Shown here piece by piece: positions 39,803 through 49,310 of a stretch of DNA of 64,000 nucleotides. The number at the start of each line of letters is the position of its first letter. The first letter of the stretch is position 1. This DNA comes from a virus. Lineage: Duplodnaviria; Caudoviricetes. Location of the stretch: IMG/VR virus record IMGVR_UViG_3300028048_000072, positions 32,001 to 96,000 of that record; one strand, 5' to 3'. A program made the position numbers and the translations under genes. The notes below the pieces were generated by a model. That model saw nothing but the letters and a program-made list of their open reading frames with translations. It did not search any database and had not been told where the DNA came from.

Positions 39803-40330
39803 ATGGAAAACGTATTGTTTAGATACGCAAAAGTAAGAGATGTTGAATCACCACTTGTTTCTACAGATTATAGTGTAGGAATTGATTTTTTTATGCCTAA
39901 ATTTACTATGGAACTTGCCGATGAAATTTGGGAAAAGAATAAGGATTCAATTAGTGAAGTTTTTGGTTCTGAATTTGGTACTGCAGAATGTGGATTTAGA
40001 ATTAAACCACATCGTGGAGTTGTAATCCCTAGTGGATTGAAAATTCAGATTCCAACAGATAAGGGATTGGCTTTTGGAAATCGTTCATCTGTTGCAAGTA
40101 AAAAACTTACTATTGTCGGTGCGTTTTTAATTGACCCTGATTATAAGAATGAAATGTTCTTTAATCTTATCAATGTATCTGATGATTATGTCACATTTAA
40201 CTTTGGTGATAAAATCGTTCAAGGTCAGATTGTAAATCGTCATGAAATTACATTTGAAGAAGTAAAGGAAGATGAATTAATATATCCAATTTCAAATAGA
40301 GTTGGTGGTTGTGGTTCTACGGGTAAATAA
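39803..40330 (+). CDS. dut: trimeric dUTPase
   Basis: GIDF, RSS, IDPDY, Q, RVGGCGSTG. Confidence 0.9.
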   Translation: MENVLFRYAKVRDVESPLVSTDYSVGIDFFMPKFTMELADEIWEKNKDSISEVFGSEFGTAECGFRIKPHRGVVIPSGLKIQIPTDKGLAFGNRSSVASKKLTIVGAFLIDPDYKNEMFFNLINVSDDYVTFNFGDKIVQGQIVNRHEITFEEVKEDELIYPISNRVGGCGSTGK

Positions 40331-40757
40331 TCAATGTTTAGGATAAATCTGATAACTATGTTCATTATTGGAGTTTTTATGAAAAATAAAAAATTAGATG
40401 AAAAGATTACAGATTTATCCTTTATTGAAGATATTGCGTATATCGTAAATTCTTCACTTGCTAGAAAATATGGTGAAGATGTATATTTAGGAAAAGAATT
40501 TTATCAGAAAATGAAACCTTTAGTTGAAGATTTTATAATGGAAATTGCAACTAGTGTATAAGGAGGAATATCTTATGGAAGAAACAAAAATTGAAGAAAA
40601 GAAAATCATTGTAAATGGAAAATCATTTACTGAAACAGAATTTGCAGAAGAAAAAAAGAAACTTACAGAAAAGAAAATTAAACTTGTAGAAGTTGGAAAT
40701 AACGAATATAAGACACGATTGGAAGATTAAAAAAAATAATTTAGGTGGAGGATAAGA

Positions 40758-42557
40758 ATGGTAAAAATCTATCTTGATATGTCAGATGGATATATGCATT
40801 TTAAAATAGAAAAAGAATTAGCATGGAATACAATTCAGTCTATTTTTAAAATGAATCATGTAAAATTTGATTATTCATCTAAAACATATATAGAAGAACC
40901 ATCTTTAAAAGCAAAAAATCTTTATGATGAATTAAAAGATTATACTGATGTTGAAATTTCAGAAGATGATTTATCTATGTTAGATTTTGCCACTTATCCA
41001 CCTAGTAATGAAGTTAGAAGAATTAAATATTCTGTAAATAAAGAATTGATTGAAAAGCATCCACCAATGAAAGGTGTGGAAGGTCATGAAAACTTTCAGT
41101 TAGAAGCAATAAAGAAAGTAATCATGAATAATAGACTTTTAGTAGATGTATCATGTCGACATGGGAAAAGTTATATTTCGATTATTTCTTTCGGTAGTCT
41201 TTTGTTGAAAAATGTAATTGATAAAGTTTTTGTGGTTTGCAGACCTGAAGGAATAGTGAATTATAAATTAGAAATTTTAAGATTTTTACCTTTTATTAAA
41301 GAAGATGATATTGCAATTATTACAAAAGATAATCGTAATATTGAAGATTATTTTAATAAGAAAATTATTATAACATCATATAATACATTCAGATTAACAT
41401 CTGTTTATTATAAAACTTTGAGAACAAAGAAAATAAAAGATAAAAAAACTACAATGAAAAGTGCTAGAAAATCTTATGTTGATTTTTCAAAGTTTGGTAA
41501 TAACAGAATGATTATTCTTGATGAATGTCAATCTATAAATAATTATAGTTCTCAACAATCTACATGTTTACATTTAATTAAAGATTATTTTGAAAGACGT
41601 GTAGAAATGAGTGGAAGCATCGGGTATAAATTTCTGCAGATGTACTCATTGTGTAAATTTTTAGTACCACAAAGAATCCCATATAATTTTTCTGAATGGA
41701 AGAATTTGGTATCTAAAGATGATTGGGGTAGAGAATTAAATGAAGAAAAAGTAAAGGAATTTAAAGAAAATGTTATTGATGATTTAATGATTTCATATCA
41801 TAATTGTGTACCACAGAAAGAAGAAAATTTTGAATTAATATATATCGATATGGATGATAAAATGAGAAAAATTTATCAAGAATTTTCTTCTAGTGTAATA
41901 AATGATTTGGTAAAAGAAAATAATGGTGAAGTAACTAGACAATCAATTCTTGAAAAATTAAATTATCTATCACAAATTACATCAGACCCATCTTTATTGG
42001 AAATAAAAGGTTGGAAATTGGAAGATAATCCAAAAGTAGAAATTTTAAAATCACTTTTTGAAAAATATATCGATGATGAAGATAGAAAAGTTATTGTATG
42101 GTCAAATCATCCTAGAGTATTAAATGGATTAGCAGAAATATTTTCTAATTATAATCCATGTGTAATTCATGGTGATGAAAAAACATCTGTAAAAAGAGAA
42201 AATAGAATTGATAGAGTAAACGAATTTAAAAATGACCCTAAACAAAAAATATTGTTTACAAATAAAGTTTTATCTACATCAATTTCTTTAGTAGAATGTA
42301 GTGTAAATATCTATTTTGACGTACCATCTGATGCAGATTATTTTGAGCAATCTAGGAAACGTGAGCAAGGTGCTTTACAGAAAAAAGAAATTTATACAAA
42401 TATATTAATGTTTGATAAATCAGTAGACCTTTATTTATATTACGAAGTTTTATTGAAAAAACAGACAATGAAAGGATTAATTTCTATGAAAGATAAATTA
42501 GGATTGGAAGATTATAAAAATATTTTAAATCCAAAAAGAGAATATTTTATAGAATAA
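40758..42557 (+). CDS. SF2/SNF2-like helicase
   Basis: FQ, CRHGKS (variant Walker A), DECQ, MSGS, KVIVWS, QSRKR. Confidence 0.75.
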   Translation: MVKIYLDMSDGYMHFKIEKELAWNTIQSIFKMNHVKFDYSSKTYIEEPSLKAKNLYDELKDYTDVEISEDDLSMLDFATYPPSNEVRRIKYSVNKELIEKHPPMKGVEGHENFQLEAIKKVIMNNRLLVDVSCRHGKSYISIISFGSLLLKNVIDKVFVVCRPEGIVNYKLEILRFLPFIKEDDIAIITKDNRNIEDYFNKKIIITSYNTFRLTSVYYKTLRTKKIKDKKTTMKSARKSYVDFSKFGNNRMIILDECQSINNYSSQQSTCLHLIKDYFERRVEMSGSIGYKFLQMYSLCKFLVPQRIPYNFSEWKNLVSKDDWGRELNEEKVKEFKENVIDDLMISYHNCVPQKEENFELIYIDMDDKMRKIYQEFSSSVINDLVKENNGEVTRQSILEKLNYLSQITSDPSLLEIKGWKLEDNPKVEILKSLFEKYIDDEDRKVIVWSNHPRVLNGLAEIFSNYNPCVIHGDEKTSVKRENRIDRVNEFKNDPKQKILFTNKVLSTSISLVECSVNIYFDVPSDADYFEQSRKREQGALQKKEIYTNILMFDKSVDLYLYYEVLLKKQTMKGLISMKDKLGLEDYKNILNPKREYFIE

Positions 42558-42731
42558 AGTTGAAAAATATACAAATTTATTATACAATAAATTCATCTTA
42601 AATAAGTGGAGAATTGTTATGGATGAACTTACAAAAAATTTCTTACAAAAGAAACAATATTTAATTTATAGTAAATATATTTTTGTAGATAACTATCTAA
42701 TATAAAGAATAAATATATTTTAGGAGATATT

Positions 42732-43896
42732 ATGTCATAACTTAATTTTAGAATTTTATAAACCAACTTATAATCTTGATTTTGATTATGATGGTGACGG
42801 TGGATTGGATTTACATTTCACAAACATTAAAGGTGAGTTCTTCATGACAATGAATGACAGTTATAATTCTGTTTACATTGAAGATGAAGATTGTGAATTC
42901 TCAAAAGGTGAAATGTTTGCTACTGTAGATTTGGGCGACTTGGTTGAAAGAATTGTTCAAGGTGAATTCAGACAGACTAATGGAAAAGCAGTTAGTGATT
43001 GGGGTAAACGATTCATTGGTGATGGTGAAGAAAGAATAGAATTTAATGGTAAGAATTATGCAGATGGCTTATCATTTTGGAATGATTTCTTTAAGGAAAT
43101 GCCAAAAGATGAAATTAAAGATTTCATGACATTCTGTGAAGATTACCTTTATTTGCCGAACATTGAAGTTGATACTGTTTCAGATAAGTATGATTTTGAA
43201 AACGGCAAAGTTGAATTAAAATCTAATGGTAAATGGGGTATTACCATTAATGATGATTACACAATTATTTCAGTTGATGAATTTACTTGTAATTCTACAG
43301 ACGCTTGTGATACTTATGATGTTGCAAGTTCTGAATCAGATGTAGATGATTATTATGAATCAAAGAAATCTGTAAGAAAATCTTTGAAAGAAGGAATTGA
43401 TGTTAAAATCGTATATTGGGACGACACCCCTACAGATTATCTTGACGATGTTACAAGAAATGATATTATTGATTTGGAAAATGACGCAAATGTTTATAAA
43501 ATCATCGATGTAACTAATGGCAAGAAGAAAACAATTTATTTGGATGAATCAAAGAAATCTGCTAGAAAATCTTTGAAAGAATCAACAGATGAAGATTTTT
43601 CACTTTATGACCTTAATAAACACGACCCTTTTGTAAAAGAATGGGTTAAAAATATCAATAAAGAACTTAAAGATGTTTCTATTGAATCAATTGGTGATGA
43701 TGAAATTGTATTTAGAGTTTGGTTTGATGAAACTATGGATTTGGATATTTTTGATGATATCGTAACCGATTGTATGCCTAAAACATTAATTGAGTTTATG
43801 TCTGATATGAATATTGATTTTGGTTATCAGTTTGTGTATGAAGATGATAAATTTACAGAAAATGATTTTGTATTTATCAGATTTGTAGCATGGTAA
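42732..43896 (+). CDS. acidic three-module protein with two ESKKSxRKSLKE linkers; 5' end apparently frameshifted
   Basis: RBS + ATG 42732 is 1 nt out of frame with the open frame running to 43896. Confidence 0.6.
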
Positions 43897-43912
43897 TATA
43901 GGAGAAAATAGT

Positions 43913-44470
43913 ATGAATAAAATTTTTAATGAACTTGAAAAATATTGCGATAGACATTCTGTTAAATTGCAAATTGATGAATTTCCCAAAGATAAAAATA
44001 GATTTGAAATAACACTTGATAATTTTATATATGAAGAATTGAGCGATATTCGTAACATTATTCGAGATTTTGCTAAAATAGAAGATGATGTTCATTTAGC
44101 AGGAAATGGTAGAGCAATTGATATTTATATTGAAGATTTAAATGAATCAAAGTCTATGAAAGAATCTGTAGATGGAAAATTCGCTACAGATGAAGAATGT
44201 AATATGGCTGGTGAAGGTTGGATTCTTGAAGGTACATATAATTTCATAATGGAATTTCTTGAAGAATGGGGAATCGCACCTACAGATGTGATACCTCAAA
44301 AACATGATACACTTGCTTTGTATAACACTGATGGAAATGTTTTTGGATATTGCCACCATGATGATGAAGTTGATATTTATGTAGTTGATAAAGAAATCAA
44401 TTATTTTTGGAAAAATTACAAGCCTTCAACTAAGCGTGTAAAAGTAACTGCTTTTGATGAAATATTTTAA
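43913..44470 (+). CDS. two-module protein with LNESKSMKES linker
   Basis: ORF translation. Confidence 0.7.
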   Translation: MNKIFNELEKYCDRHSVKLQIDEFPKDKNRFEITLDNFIYEELSDIRNIIRDFAKIEDDVHLAGNGRAIDIYIEDLNESKSMKESVDGKFATDEECNMAGEGWILEGTYNFIMEFLEEWGIAPTDVIPQKHDTLALYNTDGNVFGYCHHDDEVDIYVVDKEINYFWKNYKPSTKRVKVTAFDEIF

Positions 44471-44502
44471 TTAAAAATAAATTATGGGGGGGGGAATTAA
44501 AT

Positions 44503-45081
44503 ATGGCTAGTGAATTTGATGTTTATTCTTTTGTAAAAGGTGAATTTGGAGTAGAAATTGTAGGTCAAGGAAAAAATGGAACTTATGACACAGTTCATCT
44601 ATATATTCAACCTTTTAGTAGAAATAATGATAAATTGGCGGTTGATGAATATGTAGGAAGATATGCAGAAACACCAAGTTGGTCTAAAATATTCACTCTT
44701 TCAGAAAATGATTTATCTGACGCAATAAAAATATACAACAATTATGTTGTATCTAGCGATAGAATAGATATTCACATGATTGATAAAGAAATTTATAAAG
44801 AAGTAAAAATGAGATTGAATGATATTTTTGAAATAAAAGAATCAAAGAAATCTGTCAGAAAATCTTTGAAAGAAAAAGTTACAGTTGCTAAATCATTGAA
44901 AATTATAGAATGTGCTTTGTTGGATTTGATTCATGATGACACAATTCAAGAAGAGTTTAATATGGCTTTTGATGATGTTGATGGCATTTATGATTCTGTA
45001 GATGATATGTTTGAAGTTAGCGTACATAATGTACTGAATAAACTTCTTAAAGAACATACAATTACTGTGTTGCCGTTTTAA
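44503..45081 (+). CDS. two-module protein with ESKKSVRKSLKE linker
   Basis: ORF translation; G9 tract in RBS position. Confidence 0.7.
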   Translation: MASEFDVYSFVKGEFGVEIVGQGKNGTYDTVHLYIQPFSRNNDKLAVDEYVGRYAETPSWSKIFTLSENDLSDAIKIYNNYVVSSDRIDIHMIDKEIYKEVKMRLNDIFEIKESKKSVRKSLKEKVTVAKSLKIIECALLDLIHDDTIQEEFNMAFDDVDGIYDSVDDMFEVSVHNVLNKLLKEHTITVLPF

Positions 45082-45275
45082 TTAAAAATTTTGTAAAATC
45101 ATTGAAACGATAAAACTTCTGTAGTATAATAAAAGTATTAAATCGATTTTGTATAAAAGTCTTGATAAAACTGTATAAATTTTATCAAGACTTTATGTAA
45201 AATTCTACTTGAAAAATAGATAAATTATCTGATTTAGACTTGAAAGAATATTGTAAAGTGGATAGGATGTAAACG

Positions 45276-46040
45276 ATGAGCGAAATAACTTTATATAAAG
45301 GTGATTGTTTAGAATTGATGAGCAATATAAAAGATAAATCGGTTGATATGATTTTGGCTGATTTACCGTATGGTCAATTAAAATCTGAAACTTTAAAATG
45401 GGATAATATAATTCCGTTTGATAAGTTATGGGGACAGTATAATCGAGTTATTAAAGATAATGGTGTAATTGCTTTGTTTGGAAGTGGATTATTTACTGTA
45501 GATTTAATCAATTCGAATCGAAAAGATTTTAAATATAATCTTATTTGGGAAAAGAATGTTCCCACAGGAATGTCATCTGCAAAATATAGACCGATGAAAT
45601 ATTATGAAACAATTTCAGTATTTTATAAAGAACTTCCAACTTATAATCCAATTATGAAAGAAAGAATTGGAAAAGGTAAAGAATGTTATAATTATGAACA
45701 TTATTGTGGAAATTCTAATCATCTCAAATTAAATAAAATAAAGAAAAAATATGACCCTAATTTTGTACAACCTTCTGATATTTTGAAATTTGATGTAGTT
45801 CCAAATAGAAACGGAAAATTACATCCTACTCAAAAACCAACTGCTTTACTTGAATATCTCATCAAGACCTACACTAACGAAAATGAATGGATATTAGATA
45901 ACTGTATGGGAAGTGGTAGTACATGTGTCGCTTGTATCAACACAAAAAGAAATTTTATCGGAATTGAAAAAGATGATAAATATTTTGAGATTGCGGAAGA
46001 TAGGATAAACAAGGCGAAGGAAAGTATTTTTGACATGTGA
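45276..46040 (+). CDS. N4/N6 DNA methyltransferase (beta class)
   Basis: GDCL, DLPYG, HPTQKP, LDNCMGSGST. Confidence 0.92.
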   Translation: MSEITLYKGDCLELMSNIKDKSVDMILADLPYGQLKSETLKWDNIIPFDKLWGQYNRVIKDNGVIALFGSGLFTVDLINSNRKDFKYNLIWEKNVPTGMSSAKYRPMKYYETISVFYKELPTYNPIMKERIGKGKECYNYEHYCGNSNHLKLNKIKKKYDPNFVQPSDILKFDVVPNRNGKLHPTQKPTALLEYLIKTYTNENEWILDNCMGSGSTCVACINTKRNFIGIEKDDKYFEIAEDRINKAKESIFDM

Positions 46041-46054
46041 GAGGGAAATAAATT

Positions 46055-46873
46055 ATGAATTTTCAACCAGCGATTAAATGGAGTGGAAGTAAACGAAGCC
46101 AATGTGATGAAATTATTTCATACTTCCCTAGAAAAATAGAAACTTATTATGAATCTTTTCTTGGTGGTGGTTCTGTAGCATACAGACTTATGAATTCTGA
46201 TATAAAAGTGAATAAGTTTGTTTTGTCTGATTTGAATACAGATTTAATAAATTTATACAAACTCATACAGAATGATTACAAGTCAATTGTTTCTCACTAT
46301 AAACTTTTATGGAATGAATTAAACAAAGATTCAGACTTTGAAAGAAAGAAATTGTATTTTGCAGAAATAAGAAAAAGATTGAACGAAAAGCATGACCCTA
46401 AAGATTTTATGTTTATAATGCGTACTACTACAAATGGTATGCCAAGATATAATTCTGATGGTAATTTTAATAATACTTTTCATACAACTCGTTGTGGTAT
46501 TGAACCTTTTAGGTTAGAAAAAATATTAAAAGAATGGAATTTAGTGTTGAATAATCATAATGTGGAATTTATAAATGCAAGTTATGATACATTTAGTCCG
46601 AATGAAAATGATTTTTGTTATTACGACCCACCTTATGCTAACACAAAAGGAATGTATTTTGGTGCAATAGATAATGATAAATTTTTTAACTTTCTTCAAA
46701 ATTTAAAATGTCCGTACTGTTTTTCATTTGATGGATATTGTGAAGATGAGGACTCAACTTATGATGTGCCGAAATCTGTTTATGATGAACATATTTACCT
46801 AAAAGCAGGAAAATCTTCTTTTAGACGACTTGTTGGAAAATTTACAGATAAAATGGTATATGAAAGTCTATAA
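46055..46873 (+). CDS. Dam-class DNA adenine methyltransferase (tail apparently frameshifted)
   Basis: IKWSGSK, ESFLGGGS, YDPPY. Confidence 0.9.
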   Translation: MNFQPAIKWSGSKRSQCDEIISYFPRKIETYYESFLGGGSVAYRLMNSDIKVNKFVLSDLNTDLINLYKLIQNDYKSIVSHYKLLWNELNKDSDFERKKLYFAEIRKRLNEKHDPKDFMFIMRTTTNGMPRYNSDGNFNNTFHTTRCGIEPFRLEKILKEWNLVLNNHNVEFINASYDTFSPNENDFCYYDPPYANTKGMYFGAIDNDKFFNFLQNLKCPYCFSFDGYCEDEDSTYDVPKSVYDEHIYLKAGKSSFRRLVGKFTDKMVYESL

Positions 46874-46985
46874 AGGTTGTGAAAAGCAAAAGGAAAGTTT
46901 GTTTGATATGTAATAATTTTCAGTTTAGAATTGAAATTATTTCAGAAAGAGCATAAAATCATATAAAACAACATAAGGAATAAAT

Positions 46986-49121
46986 ATGAACGAAACAAAT
47001 GTCAAGATAAAGAAAATCAAGAAAGTTATGAGTGAAACAAATTTTATTGGTGTCGATTTGAGTAAAGGTAGTGATGTAGGAACTTGTAATGGAAAAGTTA
47101 CACCTAAAGTTGTAAAAAAAGTAAAGAAGATTGTAAAAGATGAATCTACCATGAAATCTGATGTTGTAGACAATTCTCCTTGCGATTTCAGTGATTTTGA
47201 AAGTGGTAAAGTTGAAGTATCTAGTTCTGCTAATGTGCCGACTGTGAAAAAGGTGAAGAAAGAAATTAAAAAAATTGTAAAAGATATTAAAGACGAAATA
47301 TCTAATTCTACAGATGTAATTTCTTTTGTACGAGTCATTGACTTGAAAAGAGAAGATTATTCAGAATTTACTGAAGAAAAATATCCATACGGTTTGACCT
47401 TCCTAGATTTTGAGGTGTTCAAGTATGATTGGTTGGTAGTTTTGATAGATGTTATTGAATTAAAAGAAACTATAATTGTAAACGATAGAAAAGCGTTGTT
47501 GAAGTTCTATATGTCTCATCGTAACAAATTACACGCTTCATATAACGGTCGCTCTTACGATTCTACAATATATAAAGGAATTATTCTTGGTATGAATCCT
47601 AAAGAATTGAATGATAAATTGATTGTAGAAAGATTAAAACCTTTTCAAATTAGTAATAAATTTAAAGAAGTTGAATTATTAAATTATGATATAATGACTA
47701 AAATAGAATCATTAAAGGTTCTTGAAGCGTACCTACAAGATTCTATATATGAATCAAAAATTTCTTTTGACATTGATAGACCTCTTACAATGGATGAACT
47801 TGAGGAAACGATTCGCTACTGCCATAACGATGTTGTGGAATGTAAAAAAGTTTTTCTTTTAAGACACGATGATTTTGAAGTTAGTATGGGTGTAATTGAA
47901 ATGTTTAATTTACCTATATCAAATATAAATCTTACAAATGCACAATTGACTGCTAAAGTTTTGGAATGTGAAAGACCAAAAGAAGATAGAAAAGATGAAT
48001 TTAATTTGTGGGTAGTTGATACAGTAAAACTTGAAAAATATAAAGACGTTATCGATTGGTTTATGAATCCTGCAAATCATGATTATAGTAAATTTTATGT
48101 TCGTGATGTTTGTGGTATGAAACATAAATTTGGTTGGGGTGGATTACATTCTGTGAATGATGAACCGATGATTATCAACGAACATGTACAAGATTGGGAT
48201 GTGGCTAGTCTTTATCCCTCACTTGATATTCGATACGAGTTGCTAACTAGAAATTGTAAACATCCTGAAAAATTTAAATTTATTTATGACGAACGCATTC
48301 GATTAAAGAAAGCAAAAGACCCTAAGAACAAATGTTTGAAGTTGATTTTAAATTCAACTTATGGAATTTGTAAAGATAAAAACAGTTCTGCTTACGACCC
48401 TTTGATGTCAAACATGACTTGTCTTACAGGACAACTTTTAATTCTTATGTTAATTGAATGGATTGAACCTTATGTAAAAATATGGGTTCAAACCAATACG
48501 GACGGAATCCAGTTTGTTGCTAAAGATGGTTGTCAAGAAAAGATAGAAAGTTTAATTCACAAATGGGAAGGTGTATCAGGTATGAATATGGAAGTCGAAA
48601 ATATTTTGAAAACTTACCAATCGAACGTCAACAATTATACCTTCCAACTAGATGATGGGTCGTTTAAAAGAAAAGGAGCATATCTTAAAAAAGCAACTCC
48701 ACTAGACGCTGATTTACCAATTGTCAATGAAGCAATGTTTAATTTCTTAGCATATGGAAAAAAAATTGAAGATACTATAAATGAATGTAATGATTTATAC
48801 ATGTTTCAGAAAGTGTATAAAATTTCATCAAACTACAAATATGGTTATCATAATGGCAAAGAAATTAACGAAAAGGTGTATCGTATTTTTGCTTCTAATG
48901 ATTTGAAAGATACATGGTTAGGAAAACAGAAAGAAAAAGGGGGAACGATTGAAAAATTTGCAAATTGTCCAAATAACTGTTTTCTTGAATTGGGAGATAT
49001 ACATGGTAAAAAATGTTCAGAATATCCTATGTTGAATAAACAATGGTATATTGATTTAGCACAAGATAGAATTGAAAAAGGTTATCATTTGGATTGTAAA
49101 CCAAGTATTTTTGATTTTTAA
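46986..49121 (+). CDS. family B DNA polymerase
   Basis: DFE, YNGRSYD, YCHND (exonuclease); DVASLYPS, KLILNSTYG, NTDG (polymerase). Confidence 0.92.
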   Translation: MNETNVKIKKIKKVMSETNFIGVDLSKGSDVGTCNGKVTPKVVKKVKKIVKDESTMKSDVVDNSPCDFSDFESGKVEVSSSANVPTVKKVKKEIKKIVKDIKDEISNSTDVISFVRVIDLKREDYSEFTEEKYPYGLTFLDFEVFKYDWLVVLIDVIELKETIIVNDRKALLKFYMSHRNKLHASYNGRSYDSTIYKGIILGMNPKELNDKLIVERLKPFQISNKFKEVELLNYDIMTKIESLKVLEAYLQDSIYESKISFDIDRPLTMDELEETIRYCHNDVVECKKVFLLRHDDFEVSMGVIEMFNLPISNINLTNAQLTAKVLECERPKEDRKDEFNLWVVDTVKLEKYKDVIDWFMNPANHDYSKFYVRDVCGMKHKFGWGGLHSVNDEPMIINEHVQDWDVASLYPSLDIRYELLTRNCKHPEKFKFIYDERIRLKKAKDPKNKCLKLILNSTYGICKDKNSSAYDPLMSNMTCLTGQLLILMLIEWIEPYVKIWVQTNTDGIQFVAKDGCQEKIESLIHKWEGVSGMNMEVENILKTYQSNVNNYTFQLDDGSFKRKGAYLKKATPLDADLPIVNEAMFNFLAYGKKIEDTINECNDLYMFQKVYKISSNYKYGYHNGKEINEKVYRIFASNDLKDTWLGKQKEKGGTIEKFANCPNNCFLELGDIHGKKCSEYPMLNKQWYIDLAQDRIEKGYHLDCKPSIFDF

Positions 49122-49144
49122 CAAATTAACTATTTTAGTAATTG

Positions 49145-49224
49145 AACGATTACAGATAGGTGTGCGAAACCTTAGAAAGTAAAGAAATCGACTCCTTTTA
49201 CTTTCATATCTGCAATCGTTTTTT
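49145..49224 (+). ncRNA. putative three-way-junction antisense RNA
   Basis: 14-bp closing stem, two hairpins, T tail; loops complementary to 49270-49276 and 49299-49307. Confidence 0.6.
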
Positions 49225-49310
49225 ATTTAATTATTTTATTTATAAATATTAACTATTTATTATGTGTTATTCGCACTAGCACAAAAAATTATTTCTATAG
49301 GAGTCGAATT

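Noticed and set aside
19728-42740. Programmed frameshifting at T6 (19728), A8 (35566) and 42738
   Set aside because: Scattered single-base indels, two in homopolymers, are more simply explained by assembly error; no stimulatory structure seen
49122-49310. Group I intron next to the polymerase
   Set aside because: The polymerase ORF is complete and no P7 or other group I core is visible
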